A DNA stretch of 52,769 nt, from positions 1 through 52,769 of the forward strand of contig PANR01000047.1 of NCBI GenBank assembly GCA_002707695.1, read 5' to 3'. Made by a program: the position numbers and the translations under genes. The notes below the pieces were generated by a model. That model was given only the letters and a program-made list of their open reading frames with translations. It searched no databases and was not told the origin of the DNA. Origin of the DNA: Legionellaceae bacterium (GTDB taxonomy: Bacteria > Pseudomonadota > Gammaproteobacteria > UBA12402). Shown piece by piece: positions 9,941 to 21,323 of this stretch (positions are counted from its first letter, which is position 1; every line of letters starts with the position of its first letter).

Positions 9941-10417
9941 ATGAATATAAATGCGACACTCATTGGTCAGATCATAACATTTGCCATTTTTATTTGGTTC
10001 ACCATGCGCTATGTGTGGCCACCAATTAAAAAAGCGATGCGTGATCGCGAAAAAAACATTGCCAATGGGTTGCAAGCTGCAGAGCAAGGCCGCCGAGATT
10101 TAGAGCTGGCTCAGCGTAAATCAAAGCAAATTATTGCTGATGCTAAGCTCGAAGCCTCGCATGTGCTTGAGCGTGCGAACGAACGTGCGCTTCAAGTGGT
10201 TGAAGAAGCAAAAGAAGAAGCTCGAGTTGAAGGCCAACGTTTATTGGATAATGCGAAAACTGAGGTCGAACAGCAGTTTAATCAGGCGCGGGATCAGTTG
10301 CGTCATGAAGTGGTAGACATTGCGCTTAGTGGTGCAGAGAAAATTTTGGAAAAAGAAGTCGATAAAGCTTCTCATAAAAAATTTCTTCAAGAATTAGCGG
10401 GTGATCTAGAAAAATGA
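9941..10417 (+). CDS. atpF: F0F1 ATP synthase subunit b
   Basis: N-terminal TM segment plus a long charged helix. Position in the operon. Confidence 0.9.
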   Translation: MNINATLIGQIITFAIFIWFTMRYVWPPIKKAMRDREKNIANGLQAAEQGRRDLELAQRKSKQIIADAKLEASHVLERANERALQVVEEAKEEARVEGQRLLDNAKTEVEQQFNQARDQLRHEVVDIALSGAEKILEKEVDKASHKKFLQELAGDLEK

Positions 10418-10959
10418 TGATGACGAGCACAGCAAAACCTTACGCAACAGCTGCATTTGATGTGGCTATTGAAGATAAGCGTTTAGAGCCGTGGGCGCGC
10501 ATGTTGTCAAAAGCAGCATTGATTGTAGAAAATGAAGATATGCATCGGTTGTTGTGCGATCCACGTGTATCCGAAGAATCATTGCTTGACGTTTTCTTTG
10601 ATGTGTTAAAAAAAGATCTCGACGAGAAAGCTAAAAATTTTCTAGCATTGTTGATGGAGTATGAGCGTTTAGATAGCTTGCCAGTCATTGCTGTTGAATA
10701 TCAGCGCTTGTTGGCTGAACATCAAAACACGATAAATGCTCATGTGTTATCAGCCATTAAACTCGATTCATCCGAGCAGAAACAGCTTGAAGCAGCGTTG
10801 TCTCAAAAATTTAATGCAAAAATTACACTTGAATGTGAAGTAGATAAAAATTTATTGGCTGGCGCGGTTATACGTGTTGGCGATACAGTCATCGATGGTT
10901 CGATGCGCGGTCGTTTAGAACGATTCGGCGAAACTTTGTTAACAGAACAAGCAGTTTAA
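10414..10959 (+). CDS. atpH: F0F1 ATP synthase subunit delta
   Basis: OSCP-like sequence and operon position. 4-nt overlap with atpF. Confidence 0.9.
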   Translation: MMMTSTAKPYATAAFDVAIEDKRLEPWARMLSKAALIVENEDMHRLLCDPRVSEESLLDVFFDVLKKDLDEKAKNFLALLMEYERLDSLPVIAVEYQRLLAEHQNTINAHVLSAIKLDSSEQKQLEAALSQKFNAKITLECEVDKNLLAGAVIRVGDTVIDGSMRGRLERFGETLLTEQAV

Positions 10960-10971
10960 CTGGAGAATACC

Positions 10972-12516
10972 ATGCAAACAATCAGCCCTGCTGAAATCAG
11001 CGAAGTCATTAAAAAACGGATCGCAGGTTTTAAGGATACCACTGACGTCCATACAGAAGGTTCCGTGCTTAGCGTCAAAGACGGCGTTGTTCGTGTTTAC
11101 GGCTTAGAAAAAGCAATGTATGGCGAAATGTTGGCGTTTGAAAATAATGTTTTTGGCATTGCGCTAAATCTTGAGACTGATTTTGTTGGCGCGGTGGTGC
11201 TTGGCGATTATAGTCATATACGCGAAGGCCAAACGGTAAAGTGCACGGGTAAAATTGTTGAGGTGCCAACAGGCGAAGCATTGCTAGGTCGTGTGGTGAA
11301 TGCGCTTGGCCAGCCCATCGACGGGAAAGGCGCGCTTGAAAAAACTGAATTGTCTCCTATCGAAAAAGTTGCTCCAGGCGTTATTCATCGCCAATCGGTG
11401 GATCAGCCTGTACAAACAGGAATTAAAGCCATCGATACCATGACGCCGATCGGTCGTGGTCAGCGTGAGTTGATTATTGGTGATCGTCAAATTGGTAAAA
11501 CAGCGATTGCTATCGATACGATCATTAATCAAAAAGACAGCGGCATTAAATGTATTTATGTGGCTATCGGTCAAAAGGCTTCATCTGTCGCCGCGGTGGT
11601 GCGCAAATTAGAAGAGCACGGCGCGATGAAAAATACGATTGTGGTGGCTGCAACAGCGGCTGATCCAGCGGCAATGCAATTTATCGCACCTTATGCGGGT
11701 TGTACGATGGGCGAGTATTTCCGTGATCGAGGTGAAGACGCATTAATTATTTATGATGATTTAACAAAACAAGCGTGGGCATATCGTCAAATTTCACTAT
11801 TATTACGTCGTCCACCAGGCCGCGAAGCTTATCCTGGTGATGTATTTTATTTGCACTCTCGTCTATTAGAGCGCGCAGCGCGGGTGAATGCTGAATATGT
11901 CGAAAAATTTACTGATGGTAAAGTGACTGGCAAAACAGGTTCACTCACGGCATTACCTATTATCGAAACACAAGGTGGTGACGTTTCAGCGTTTGTACCG
12001 ACCAACGTTATTTCAATTACCGATGGCCAGATTTATTTAGAGACTGATTTATTTAATGCGGGTATTCGTCCTGCAGTTAACTCAGGCTTGTCGGTATCTC
12101 GTGTCGGTGGTGCAGCGCAAACTAAAATTATTAAAAAGCTTACAGGCGGTATACGTATTGCATTGGCGCAATATCGTGAGCTGGCAGCGTTTGCACAATT
12201 TGCTTCAGATTTAGATGATGCAACGCGCAAACAGCTCGAGCGAGGCAAGCGTTATGTTGAAGTGATGAAACAAAAACAATATCACCCGCTCAGTGTCGCT
12301 GATATGGCTGTTTCTTTTTACGCCGTTGAGAACGGTTTTGTTGAAGATGTCGAAGTTGATCGCATTGTGCCGTTTATGGAAGAGTTGTTGGCGTTTATGC
12401 ACAGTGAACATGGCGATTATATGAAAGGAATCAACGAAAAGCCACGTTACGACGATGAAGTGATCGAGACTTTCAAGAAAGCGGTAACTGATTTTAAAAA
12501 GACTTGGGTAGAATAG
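10972..12516 (+). CDS. atpA: F0F1 ATP synthase subunit alpha
   Basis: Walker [16 protein letters not shown], 514 aa. Confidence 0.97.
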   Translation: MQTISPAEISEVIKKRIAGFKDTTDVHTEGSVLSVKDGVVRVYGLEKAMYGEMLAFENNVFGIALNLETDFVGAVVLGDYSHIREGQTVKCTGKIVEVPTGEALLGRVVNALGQPIDGKGALEKTELSPIEKVAPGVIHRQSVDQPVQTGIKAIDTMTPIGRGQRELIIGDRQIGKTAIAIDTIINQKDSGIKCIYVAIGQKASSVAAVVRKLEEHGAMKNTIVVAATAADPAAMQFIAPYAGCTMGEYFRDRGEDALIIYDDLTKQAWAYRQISLLLRRPPGREAYPGDVFYLHSRLLERAARVNAEYVEKFTDGKVTGKTGSLTALPIIETQGGDVSAFVPTNVISITDGQIYLETDLFNAGIRPAVNSGLSVSRVGGAAQTKIIKKLTGGIRIALAQYRELAAFAQFASDLDDATRKQLERGKRYVEVMKQKQYHPLSVADMAVSFYAVENGFVEDVEVDRIVPFMEELLAFMHSEHGDYMKGINEKPRYDDEVIETFKKAVTDFKKTWVE

Positions 12517-12519
12517 TTA

Positions 12520-13404
12520 ATGGCTGGTTCGCGCGAAATTAAAACGAAAATCAATACGGTGAAAAACACCCAAAAAATTACGCGCGCGATGGAAATGGTT
12601 GCGGCAAGTAAAATGCGAAAAGCACAGCAGCGCATGCAAGCAACCCGACCTTATGCAGAAAAAATTCGTCAGGTGATCAAGCATATTGCTAGAGCGCAGC
12701 CTGAGTACAAACACCCTTTTCTGGTGCAGCGCGAAGAAAAACGCATTGGCTACATTATTGTATCGAGCGATGGCGGTTTGTGTGGCGGATTAAATAATAA
12801 TTTATTTAGAGACGCCATTAAACATATGAAGCATAAATCTGAAGCAGGCATTAAAAACGATTTATGTTTGATTGGCGCCAAAGCCGAAGTGTTTTTCAAG
12901 CGATTTGGCGGTCATGTAGTTGCTAAAGCAGCGCATTTGGGCGAAAAGCCTAAATTGATTGACTTGGTAGGTATTGTGAAAACACTTTTAGATAGTTATC
13001 GCGAAGAAAAGCTTGACGCGATTTATTTATGTTTTAATACCTTTGTCAACACGATGGTACAAAAGCCAACGATTACACGTTTGTTGCCGAGCTTATCCGA
13101 GGAAGAGGTCTCCAAAGCATCGGATGAGACAAAAAAAGAAAAACATCACTGGGACTACATTTACGAACCCGAAGCAAAGCAGTTGTTGGATTTAACCTTG
13201 ACACGCTATGTTGAGTCACAGGTTTATCAGGCCGTGGTGGAAAACGTTGCTTGTAAGCAAGCGGCGCAGATGATAGCAATGAAAAATGCAACCGATAATG
13301 CGGGTGAAATTATCGATCAACTAAAATTGGTGTACAACAAAGCAAGACAAGCAGCTATTACGCAAGAATTAGCAGAAATTGTTGCGGGTGCAGAGGCGGT
13401 TTAA
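12520..13404 (+). CDS. atpG: F0F1 ATP synthase subunit gamma
   Basis: [26 protein letters not shown]-terminus and ITQEL.EIV C-terminus. Confidence 0.95.
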   Translation: MAGSREIKTKINTVKNTQKITRAMEMVAASKMRKAQQRMQATRPYAEKIRQVIKHIARAQPEYKHPFLVQREEKRIGYIIVSSDGGLCGGLNNNLFRDAIKHMKHKSEAGIKNDLCLIGAKAEVFFKRFGGHVVAKAAHLGEKPKLIDLVGIVKTLLDSYREEKLDAIYLCFNTFVNTMVQKPTITRLLPSLSEEEVSKASDETKKEKHHWDYIYEPEAKQLLDLTLTRYVESQVYQAVVENVACKQAAQMIAMKNATDNAGEIIDQLKLVYNKARQAAITQELAEIVAGAEAV

Positions 13405-13481
13405 ACAAATACCTTTTCTGAATAAAAAGGAAAGGACAATTGACGCTTACCTTCTAACAAAAGGTGAACGAACTGTAACTA

Positions 13482-13562
13482 CTTCCCCTCCTGACAAGGG
13501 GGGAGCGAGGGGGGTTAACAATTAAAAAACCCACCCCAACCCTCCCTTCACAGGGAGGGAGA
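13482..13562 (+). repeat. ~80-bp G/C-tract multi-hairpin repeat, copy 1 (in the atpG-atpD spacer)
   Basis: TCCCC..GGGGA stem, GGGGGGTT..AACCCACCCC stem and a perfect CCCTCCCT-TCAC-AGGGAGGG stem. The reverse complement of 40741-40822 aligns to it (3 mismatches in the 31-nt 3' core). Confidence 0.6.
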
Positions 13563-13576
13563 CATAAAAGAGGTGA

Positions 13577-14989
<1,413 letters not shown>

Positions 14990-15003
14990 CGAGGCAAACA
15001 TTA

Positions 15004-15444
15004 GTGGAAACCTTAAACACAACAAAAACCATGCAATTGCATGTTGTGAGCGCTGAAGAAGAACTTTTTTCAGGCAAGGTCACGCAAGTGTTTGCAACGG
15101 GCGAAACGGGCGAAATGGGTATTTTCCCCGGTCATTTGCAATTACTTACTTCACTTAAACCCGGCCAAGTACGTTACGTGCCAAAAGAAGGTGAGCAAGA
15201 CGTTATTTTTGTATCGGGCGGTATTTTAGAAGTGCAACCAACGGTTGTGACAGTGCTGGCTGACACCGCCATGCGCGCCGCCGATATTGATGAAAACGCT
15301 GCAGAAGAAGCCAAACGCCGCGCCGAAGAACTCATTGCTGATAAATCCCGCAGCGAAGTTGATTACCAAAAAGCACTCATCCAAATCGCCGAAGCCTCAG
15401 CCAAACTCCGCGCGATTAAAGATTTGCATAAATATATTAAGTAG
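15004..15444 (+). CDS. atpC: F0F1 ATP synthase subunit epsilon
   Basis: L.VVSAE..LFSG.V N-terminal beta-sandwich plus C-terminal helices. GTG start. Confidence 0.9.
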   Translation: METLNTTKTMQLHVVSAEEELFSGKVTQVFATGETGEMGIFPGHLQLLTSLKPGQVRYVPKEGEQDVIFVSGGILEVQPTVVTVLADTAMRAADIDENAAEEAKRRAEELIADKSRSEVDYQKALIQIAEASAKLRAIKDLHKYIK

Positions 15445-15447
15445 CCG

Positions 15448-15825
15448 CTAAAACCTCGGCGCTTGAGGTTGATGACTGGCATCAACCTGTTGCGCGCGGC
15501 TGCAAGGGAAAAAATGACTCATAAAACTACTAAACCTTTCTGAAAGTGTGCTGCGTGACTGAGGGGCGTGCGTCAATATAGGTGATAATCTGCCGTTTGT
15601 CGGAGATTTTGGCCTATTTGGTTTACTACCATACGTTTCGTGAAATCGGCTCATGATACTGCTCGTGCTCCCTGGCTTTTCACCAGCAATTTCTAATCCG
15701 GCGGCGCCTCGTGCTTTAAGATGTTCAGGCTTGTCTTGTTGCCCGATGATATACTTAACTTCCTCAGCAAAACGCCCTAACCAGTTAAAGAGGCGTTGAA
15801 AAAACCATTCTCGCTTTGCAGCCAT
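15448..15825 (-). CDS. Hypothetical small protein, predicted largely disordered (Ser/Pro/Arg-rich)
   Basis: It is the only ORF in a 490-bp gap. I recognise no family. Its 3' end overlaps the post-atpC hairpins, so coding status is uncertain. Confidence 0.35.
   Translation of the reverse strand: MAAKREWFFQRLFNWLGRFAEEVKYIIGQQDKPEHLKARGAAGLEIAGEKPGSTSSIMSRFHETYGSKPNRPKSPTNGRLSPILTHAPQSRSTLSERFSSFMSHFFPCSRAQQVDASHQPQAPRF
15452..15486. terminator. Two adjacent stem-loops after atpC (candidate terminator, no U-tract)
   Basis: AACCTC-7 nt-GAGGTT (15452-15470) and GTTGATG-5 nt-CATCAAC (15468-15486). They lie between or over the ends of convergent genes. Confidence 0.3.
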
Positions 15826-15937
15826 ATTTCTCTACCTTATTGTTCTTGATATGGCTTCATCTTACGGCTTGTAAGTAACTCAATTATGCCGAGAATGTAT
15901 CGGTTTGTAACAAGTGGCTGCCGAATGGTGAAAATGA

Positions 15938-17116
15938 TTAAAGTGTTTCAATTTTCAAGAGCATTTTGTGCAAATTTTTTGCATTAATGAGGTTCACGCC
16001 GTTCACTTGCTGCTCCTCACCATTGTAAACCAAGAAAGCAATAAGCGCCCTTTCACCGACGAGCTTTTGGAAATGTTTAATGCCTTTCAGCAAGGCAGGC
16101 GTAAAGGTGGACGCTGATTTAATCTCTATCGGAATAAGCTTGTCATGGGTTTTAAAAATGACATCCACTTCATTTTGGTTGCTATCCCGATAAAAATATA
16201 AGTTGGCTTCTTTGCCTTGGTTGAATCGATATTTGAGTAATTCAAGAATGACAAAGTTTTCAAACAATGCGCCCCTCGAACGATCTGATTGTATTTGTTG
16301 CCAAGATTCAAACGCGCATAAGCTGCTGGCGATACCAACATCGGTAAAATAAAGTTTGGGCGTTTTGATAATCCGCTTTCCAAAATTTTCAAAATAAGGT
16401 GGTAGTTGAAAGGTTAAATAGGAGGCGCTGAGTATTGACATCCAATTTCTAATAGTGCCTTGCGAAACACCCACATCATTGCTCAAGCTTTCTCGGTTAA
16501 TCACACTACTAATTCTGCCAGCACAAAGACGAATAAAGCCCCGAAACCGATCTAAATCCTTAATATTCACAAGTTGTCGGACATCTCTTTCCACATACGT
16601 TTTGAGATAATTGCGGGCATGTGTTTTAGGATCGAGATGGTGTTGGTAAATGGCGGGATAAAAACCGTTAAATAAATATTCATCAATTGAGAGTTCAACG
16701 TCATTATTGTTGAGTTCGGCCATTGATACTGGGAGCAATTCGAGTATTGCGGTTCGCCCAGCTAACGATTGTGAGATAGCTTCGGTGAGCTGTAGTTGAT
16801 GGCTGCCAGTTAATATGAATGAACCAGGCACGCGGTTTTCGTCCACAGCTGTCTGTATGTAAGAAAGCAATTCTGGTGATCGCTGAATTTCATCAAGTAT
16901 TACGCCCTTTTGTAAATCAAGCGAGTCAAAAAAGGCGCGAGGATCGGCCTCAATAAGTGCGCGAGTGTCTGGGTTTTCAAGATTGTAATAGGGTCGGTTG
17001 GGGTAAGCCGAGCGAGCCAGCGTTGTTTTGCCTGCCTGCCTGGGTCCCATGATGGTGACAATGGGATATTGCGACATGAGGCGCTCAAATTCTGTTTGGA
17101 TTGATCGCTGAAACAT
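15938..17116 (-). CDS. AAA_14-type ATPase with C-terminal DUF4143 (PD-(D/E)xK-like) domain, paralogue A
   Basis: Walker A GPRQAGKTT, Walker B VILDEIQR, C-terminal EVDVIF...IPIEIKS nuclease-like motif. Confidence 0.85.
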   Translation of the reverse strand: MFQRSIQTEFERLMSQYPIVTIMGPRQAGKTTLARSAYPNRPYYNLENPDTRALIEADPRAFFDSLDLQKGVILDEIQRSPELLSYIQTAVDENRVPGSFILTGSHQLQLTEAISQSLAGRTAILELLPVSMAELNNNDVELSIDEYLFNGFYPAIYQHHLDPKTHARNYLKTYVERDVRQLVNIKDLDRFRGFIRLCAGRISSVINRESLSNDVGVSQGTIRNWMSILSASYLTFQLPPYFENFGKRIIKTPKLYFTDVGIASSLCAFESWQQIQSDRSRGALFENFVILELLKYRFNQGKEANLYFYRDSNQNEVDVIFKTHDKLIPIEIKSASTFTPALLKGIKHFQKLVGERALIAFLVYNGEEQQVNGVNLINAKNLHKMLLKIETL

Positions 17117-17117
17117 T

Positions 17118-17222
17118 ATGTAAATCCTTATTTCAATTGCTGATTTTCATAAATTATACCCATTTTTGATAAAAAATCAAGATTTTTATATGTAAATATG
17201 CATTTCAATTGTGGATTTACAT
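17118..17222. promoter_or_regulatory. Two 33-bp imperfect palindromic sites in the divergent AAA-A/uvrD intergenic region
   Basis: ATGTAAATCCTTATTTCAATTGCTGATTTTCAT (17118-17150) and ATGTAAATATGCATTTCAATTGTGGATTTACAT (17190-17222). Outer arms are ATGTAAAT/ATTTACAT and the shared core is ATTTCAATTG. Centres are 72 bp apart. Confidence 0.5.
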
Positions 17223-17272
17223 AAAAATTTGTCCCCTTACCCCTCCTCGATGGCTATGTTACACTGCCGCGC

Positions 17273-19471
17273 ATGGAACATTTGCTTAAGTCACTTAACG
17301 CGGCTCAGCGCGACGCCGTATCAGCCCCCCGAGGTAACTTCTTGATCTTAGCCGGCGCAGGGAGCGGTAAAACGCGCGTGCTGGTTCACCGGATTGCTTG
17401 GTTGATTGAACCCGAACAAATTTCACCTCACGCTATTTTAGCAGTGACCTTTACCAACAAGGCGGCCAATGAAATGCGTGGGCGGATTGAAGCGTTGGTC
17501 GGTGGTGTTGCGCGTGGTATGTGGGTTGGTACTTTTCACGGCTTGGCGCACCGTTTGTTGCGCCTGCATTGGCGCGAGGCAAAGTTGCCGGAAGCCTTTC
17601 AAATTTTGGATTCTGAAGATCAGCATCGGCTTGTTCGCCGTGTAATGAAAAATTTAGAGATTGATGAAGATCGCTGGCCACCTAAACAAGTGCAGTGGTT
17701 TATCAATGCCAAAAAAGATGAAGGCTTGCGACCACATCAAGTGCCTGAAAGTCGTGATCTTTTTCAGCAAACGCTGTTGCGCATTTATCAAAGTTATGAG
17801 GAAACATGCTTACGCGGAGGCCTGGTTGATTTTGCTGAATTGTTGTTGCGTAGCTTAGAAGTATTGCGCGATAACAAAAGCTTGCTTGAGCATTATCAAA
17901 ACCGTTTCCAAGAAATTTTAGTCGACGAGTTTCAAGACACGAATGCCATACAATATGCGTGGCTATCTTTGATTGCTGGCAAAAAAAGCCATGTGATGAT
18001 TGTTGGAGATGATGATCAATCTATTTATTCTTGGCGTGGTGCTAAAGTAGAAAATATCCGACGTTTTCAAAAAGAATTTCCTGATACACGTACCATTGTT
18101 CTTGAACAAAACTATCGATCAACCGGTAATATTTTGCGTGCTGCGAATTCATTAATTACTAACAATGATGATAGGTTAGGTAAAAATTTATGGACAGAGG
18201 TTGGTGAAGGCGAGCCGATTTCTATTTATTCAGCGTTTAATGAATTAGATGAAGCGCGTTTTATTGTTGAAACGATTAAAAACTGGATTAACCAAGGCAA
18301 CTTACGCCGCGAATCAGCTATTTTATACCGTTCTAATGCGCAATCTCGTGTGCTTGAGGAAGCGTTGATTCAAGCAGGCATTCCTTATCGTGTTTACGGC
18401 GGTATGCGATTTTTTGAACGTGCGGAAATTAAAGACGCGCTTGCTTATTTGCGTTTAATTTCGAATCCACATGATGATCCCGCGTTTGAACGTGTGGTGA
18501 ATTTACCCGCGCGCGGCATTGGCGAGCGTAGCTTGCAAGCGGTGCGTGATTTGGCTAGGCAAAACGGTGTATCACTTTGGCGTGCAGCGGAGCAAGTTGT
18601 TTTAAAACAATTGCTCACCACACGTGGTTGCACAGCGCTTCAAGCGTTTCTTGATTTGGTCAAAACACTTGAAGAGTCAACCGTCAGCTTATCGTTATCT
18701 GAAATGACTGAGCATGTTATCGAGCATAGCGGGTTGCTTGAGCATTATCGTCAAATGAAAGGTGAAAAAGGCCAGGCAAAGGTCGAAAACTTGGGTGAAT
18801 TAGTGTCTGCAACGCGTGAGTTTGTGCCCGACGAGGAGCATGAAGATTTAACACCACTCACTGCATTTTTATCACATGCGGCTTTAGAGGCCGGCGAAGG
18901 CCAAGCGGGTGCGAGTGAAGATTGCGTGCAATTGATGACATTGCATTCTGCGAAAGGGCTAGAGTTTCCACTCGTGTTTATCGCCGGTGTTGAAGAAGGA
19001 TTATTTCCCCATCAAATGTCGCTAGAAGAGCCGGGACGTTTAGAAGAAGAGCGTCGCTTATGTTATGTGGGCATTACACGCGCTATGCAGCAGCTTTATC
19101 TTTGTCATGCAGAAACACGTCGCATGTACGGCAAAGAATTATTTCACCCCCCTTCTCGTTTTATTTTGGAATTACCTCAGGTGTGTTTGCAAGAAGTGCG
19201 CGCACGCGGCACCATCAGCCGGCCAACGGGCTATAACAAAAACTACCAACAGCGCCAAAACAGCGCGGTGAAAAAACACTATGTGTTCGATGCGGCTCCA
19301 ACCAGCCTGAATGGGTTGACCATGGGCCAACACGTCAAGCATGCTAAATTCGGCGAAGGGATTATCATCAATTTTGAGGGCAAAGGTGATCAGGCGCGCG
19401 TGCAGGTCCAGTTTGCTCGCGAAGGCACCAAGTGGCTGATGCTTGCCTATGCCAAGCTTGAGCCAGCTTAG
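17273..19471 (+). CDS. uvrD: DNA helicase II UvrD
   Basis: SF1 helicase motifs (AGAGSGKT, VDEFQDTN, QNYRS, VGITRA) and a UvrD-type C-terminal Tudor-like tail. 732 aa. Confidence 0.92.
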   Translation: MEHLLKSLNAAQRDAVSAPRGNFLILAGAGSGKTRVLVHRIAWLIEPEQISPHAILAVTFTNKAANEMRGRIEALVGGVARGMWVGTFHGLAHRLLRLHWREAKLPEAFQILDSEDQHRLVRRVMKNLEIDEDRWPPKQVQWFINAKKDEGLRPHQVPESRDLFQQTLLRIYQSYEETCLRGGLVDFAELLLRSLEVLRDNKSLLEHYQNRFQEILVDEFQDTNAIQYAWLSLIAGKKSHVMIVGDDDQSIYSWRGAKVENIRRFQKEFPDTRTIVLEQNYRSTGNILRAANSLITNNDDRLGKNLWTEVGEGEPISIYSAFNELDEARFIVETIKNWINQGNLRRESAILYRSNAQSRVLEEALIQAGIPYRVYGGMRFFERAEIKDALAYLRLISNPHDDPAFERVVNLPARGIGERSLQAVRDLARQNGVSLWRAAEQVVLKQLLTTRGCTALQAFLDLVKTLEESTVSLSLSEMTEHVIEHSGLLEHYRQMKGEKGQAKVENLGELVSATREFVPDEEHEDLTPLTAFLSHAALEAGEGQAGASEDCVQLMTLHSAKGLEFPLVFIAGVEEGLFPHQMSLEEPGRLEEERRLCYVGITRAMQQLYLCHAETRRMYGKELFHPPSRFILELPQVCLQEVRARGTISRPTGYNKNYQQRQNSAVKKHYVFDAAPTSLNGLTMGQHVKHAKFGEGIIINFEGKGDQARVQVQFAREGTKWLMLAYAKLEPA

Positions 19472-19510
19472 TAGTTTTGCATGAAAAATCGCACAATGCC
19501 GCTATTATTA

Positions 19511-20665
19511 CTAAGCGCTTTGATTAATTGAGCCGTAACTTAAAACAGCAAAGCCGTCTTCATCGTCTTCATTTACAACGTTACAGCCAAGCAGTGCTTC
19601 GTTATCATAAGCCGATCCATTTTCTTTATTAAACCCAGCCATTTCATCCAGTGCTTCTTTTCCTTCACGCACTTCGGAGAGATATACACCCAATGCAACA
19701 CAACAAAAAACTGCGCTGGCAAGCGTAGCGCTCATTATTTCATTATCATCCCACAGGGCAAAATAAACAGATATGGCTGAGGCAATGCCGTGCAAAGGCG
19801 CCATTAAATTAGTGGCAACTTTCAATGTGCCCGCGCGGCAAGGCGTGAGTTTGAAATTGTCGTTAAAGCTATCTTGCTCGCCAATTAAATTAGCCAAATG
19901 ATCACGCGAGTGTTTGCCTTCAAATAAATAAACTTGCATTAACAGGATAGTTGTCAGCGGCAAACCGACAGTAATACCTGCTGCTATAGCAATCATTTTT
20001 GCCATGAAATGCTTGGCAAGATAGTGAATGGCCTTTTTAGGCATGAGTAATGCTAAACCTAATAAGTCATCAATCAAAACATGTTCAATTGATCCGATTA
20101 ACGTAAAAATTTCTCTTGCGCGTTTTGTGGCAACAGGATAATACATGGATGCATAAAATGGTGTTTTGTAACCAGCATTGTTAGCAATGATTTCATAGGC
20201 TTCATAAATTTCATTACTCATCGCAAAACTTTGTTTAATAAATAAGTCGACAGCTAAAATGCTCCAAAAGTAAGTGCGGCTGAGTTCAAGTTCATATAAG
20301 TTTTGCGTGGCCACTAATAAAAAATAGCGGTTAATAAAGGTGGTTAGCATGTTGCATAAGAAATAAATCGATTGAAAAACACCCGCTCGACATGGCTTTT
20401 TTTCATCAGCAATCTCATCGCTCTCTTCAGCATCAGTGCTCATCCCGCGTATAATAGATTGACCCTGAAAAGCGTAGCTTTCATAAAATTCAATGCAGCC
20501 TGTGATGGCAACAGCGGTTGCCCTTTCCCATAATTCGAAGTGCTGCCGTGTGCTGTAAAGCGTGTCGCAGGCCGTAGATAAAGCTTGGCCGAAGCTATAA
20601 AGAGGTGGCAGTAGCGCGTAGCAACACCATTGACTAGTGTTTTTTCTCATTATTATTCTCCCCAC
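19511..20665 (-). CDS. Orphan multi-pass membrane protein (candidate effector or vacuolar membrane protein)
   Basis: Several hydrophobic segments, an internal PCRAG duplication and an acidic C-terminal EDDED block. I recognise no family. The start may be the second Met (20650). Confidence 0.55.
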   Translation of the reverse strand: MGRIIMRKNTSQWCCYALLPPLYSFGQALSTACDTLYSTRQHFELWERATAVAITGCIEFYESYAFQGQSIIRGMSTDAEESDEIADEKKPCRAGVFQSIYFLCNMLTTFINRYFLLVATQNLYELELSRTYFWSILAVDLFIKQSFAMSNEIYEAYEIIANNAGYKTPFYASMYYPVATKRAREIFTLIGSIEHVLIDDLLGLALLMPKKAIHYLAKHFMAKMIAIAAGITVGLPLTTILLMQVYLFEGKHSRDHLANLIGEQDSFNDNFKLTPCRAGTLKVATNLMAPLHGIASAISVYFALWDDNEIMSATLASAVFCCVALGVYLSEVREGKEALDEMAGFNKENGSAYDNEALLGCNVVNEDDEDGFAVLSYGSINQSA

Positions 20666-20841
20666 TGGGCTGGGGACGCATGCTATCGTAAATGCATATG
20701 ATGATCAACAAGAAAGGGCTATTAATTGACCGATTTTTGACGGAAAAAGGGCCATGGAAGAATCGAGTGCAACAGTGCTATACTGCGAATGCGTTGTTTT
20801 TAAATGATTTTTAGTCGAATTAGCTTAATCTAGGAGGAAGT

Positions 20842-21294
20842 ATGAACTACTGGCTCATGAAATCTGAACCGGAAACTTTCAGCATTGATGATCTTAAAAA
20901 AATGAAACGTGAGCACTGGGATGGTATTCGCAATTATCAAGCGCGCAACATGATGCGTGATGACATGAAAAAAGGTGACCTCGCCCTCTTCTATCATTCC
21001 AATACCACTCCGCCGGGTATTGTGGGCGTGATGGAAATTGTGAAAGAATCCTACCCTGACTTCACCGCGTTTGATCCCGAGAGCAAATACTATGATCCCA
21101 AAAGCACAGAAGATAAACCCCGCTGGTTCATGGTGGATGTGAAGTTTAAAGAAAAATTCAAACGCATGATCACCCTCTCTGATTTAAGAGCCAATGCGGC
21201 ACTTAAAGACATGTTAATTTTGCGCAAAGGCAATCGTTTGTCGATCACGCCAGTGACCAAAAAGCAGTGGGATGCAGTATTTAAAATGGTATAA
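20842..21294 (+). CDS. EVE (PUA-like) domain protein
   Basis: MNYWLMKSEPE.FSIDDL....WDGIRNYQARN.M.D.MK.GD.ALFYHSN is the canonical EVE N-terminus. GGAGG RBS. Confidence 0.85.
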   Translation: MNYWLMKSEPETFSIDDLKKMKREHWDGIRNYQARNMMRDDMKKGDLALFYHSNTTPPGIVGVMEIVKESYPDFTAFDPESKYYDPKSTEDKPRWFMVDVKFKEKFKRMITLSDLRANAALKDMLILRKGNRLSITPVTKKQWDAVFKMV

Positions 21295-21323
21295 ATTTCG
21301 TCATTATACCTCAGGTATTATAC

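Noticed and set aside
20811-20832. CTTAAT half-site (GAATTAG-CTTAATCTA) just before the EVE gene
   Set aside because: Only one good half-site is present. It overlaps the RBS rather than a promoter position and is not a tandem box.
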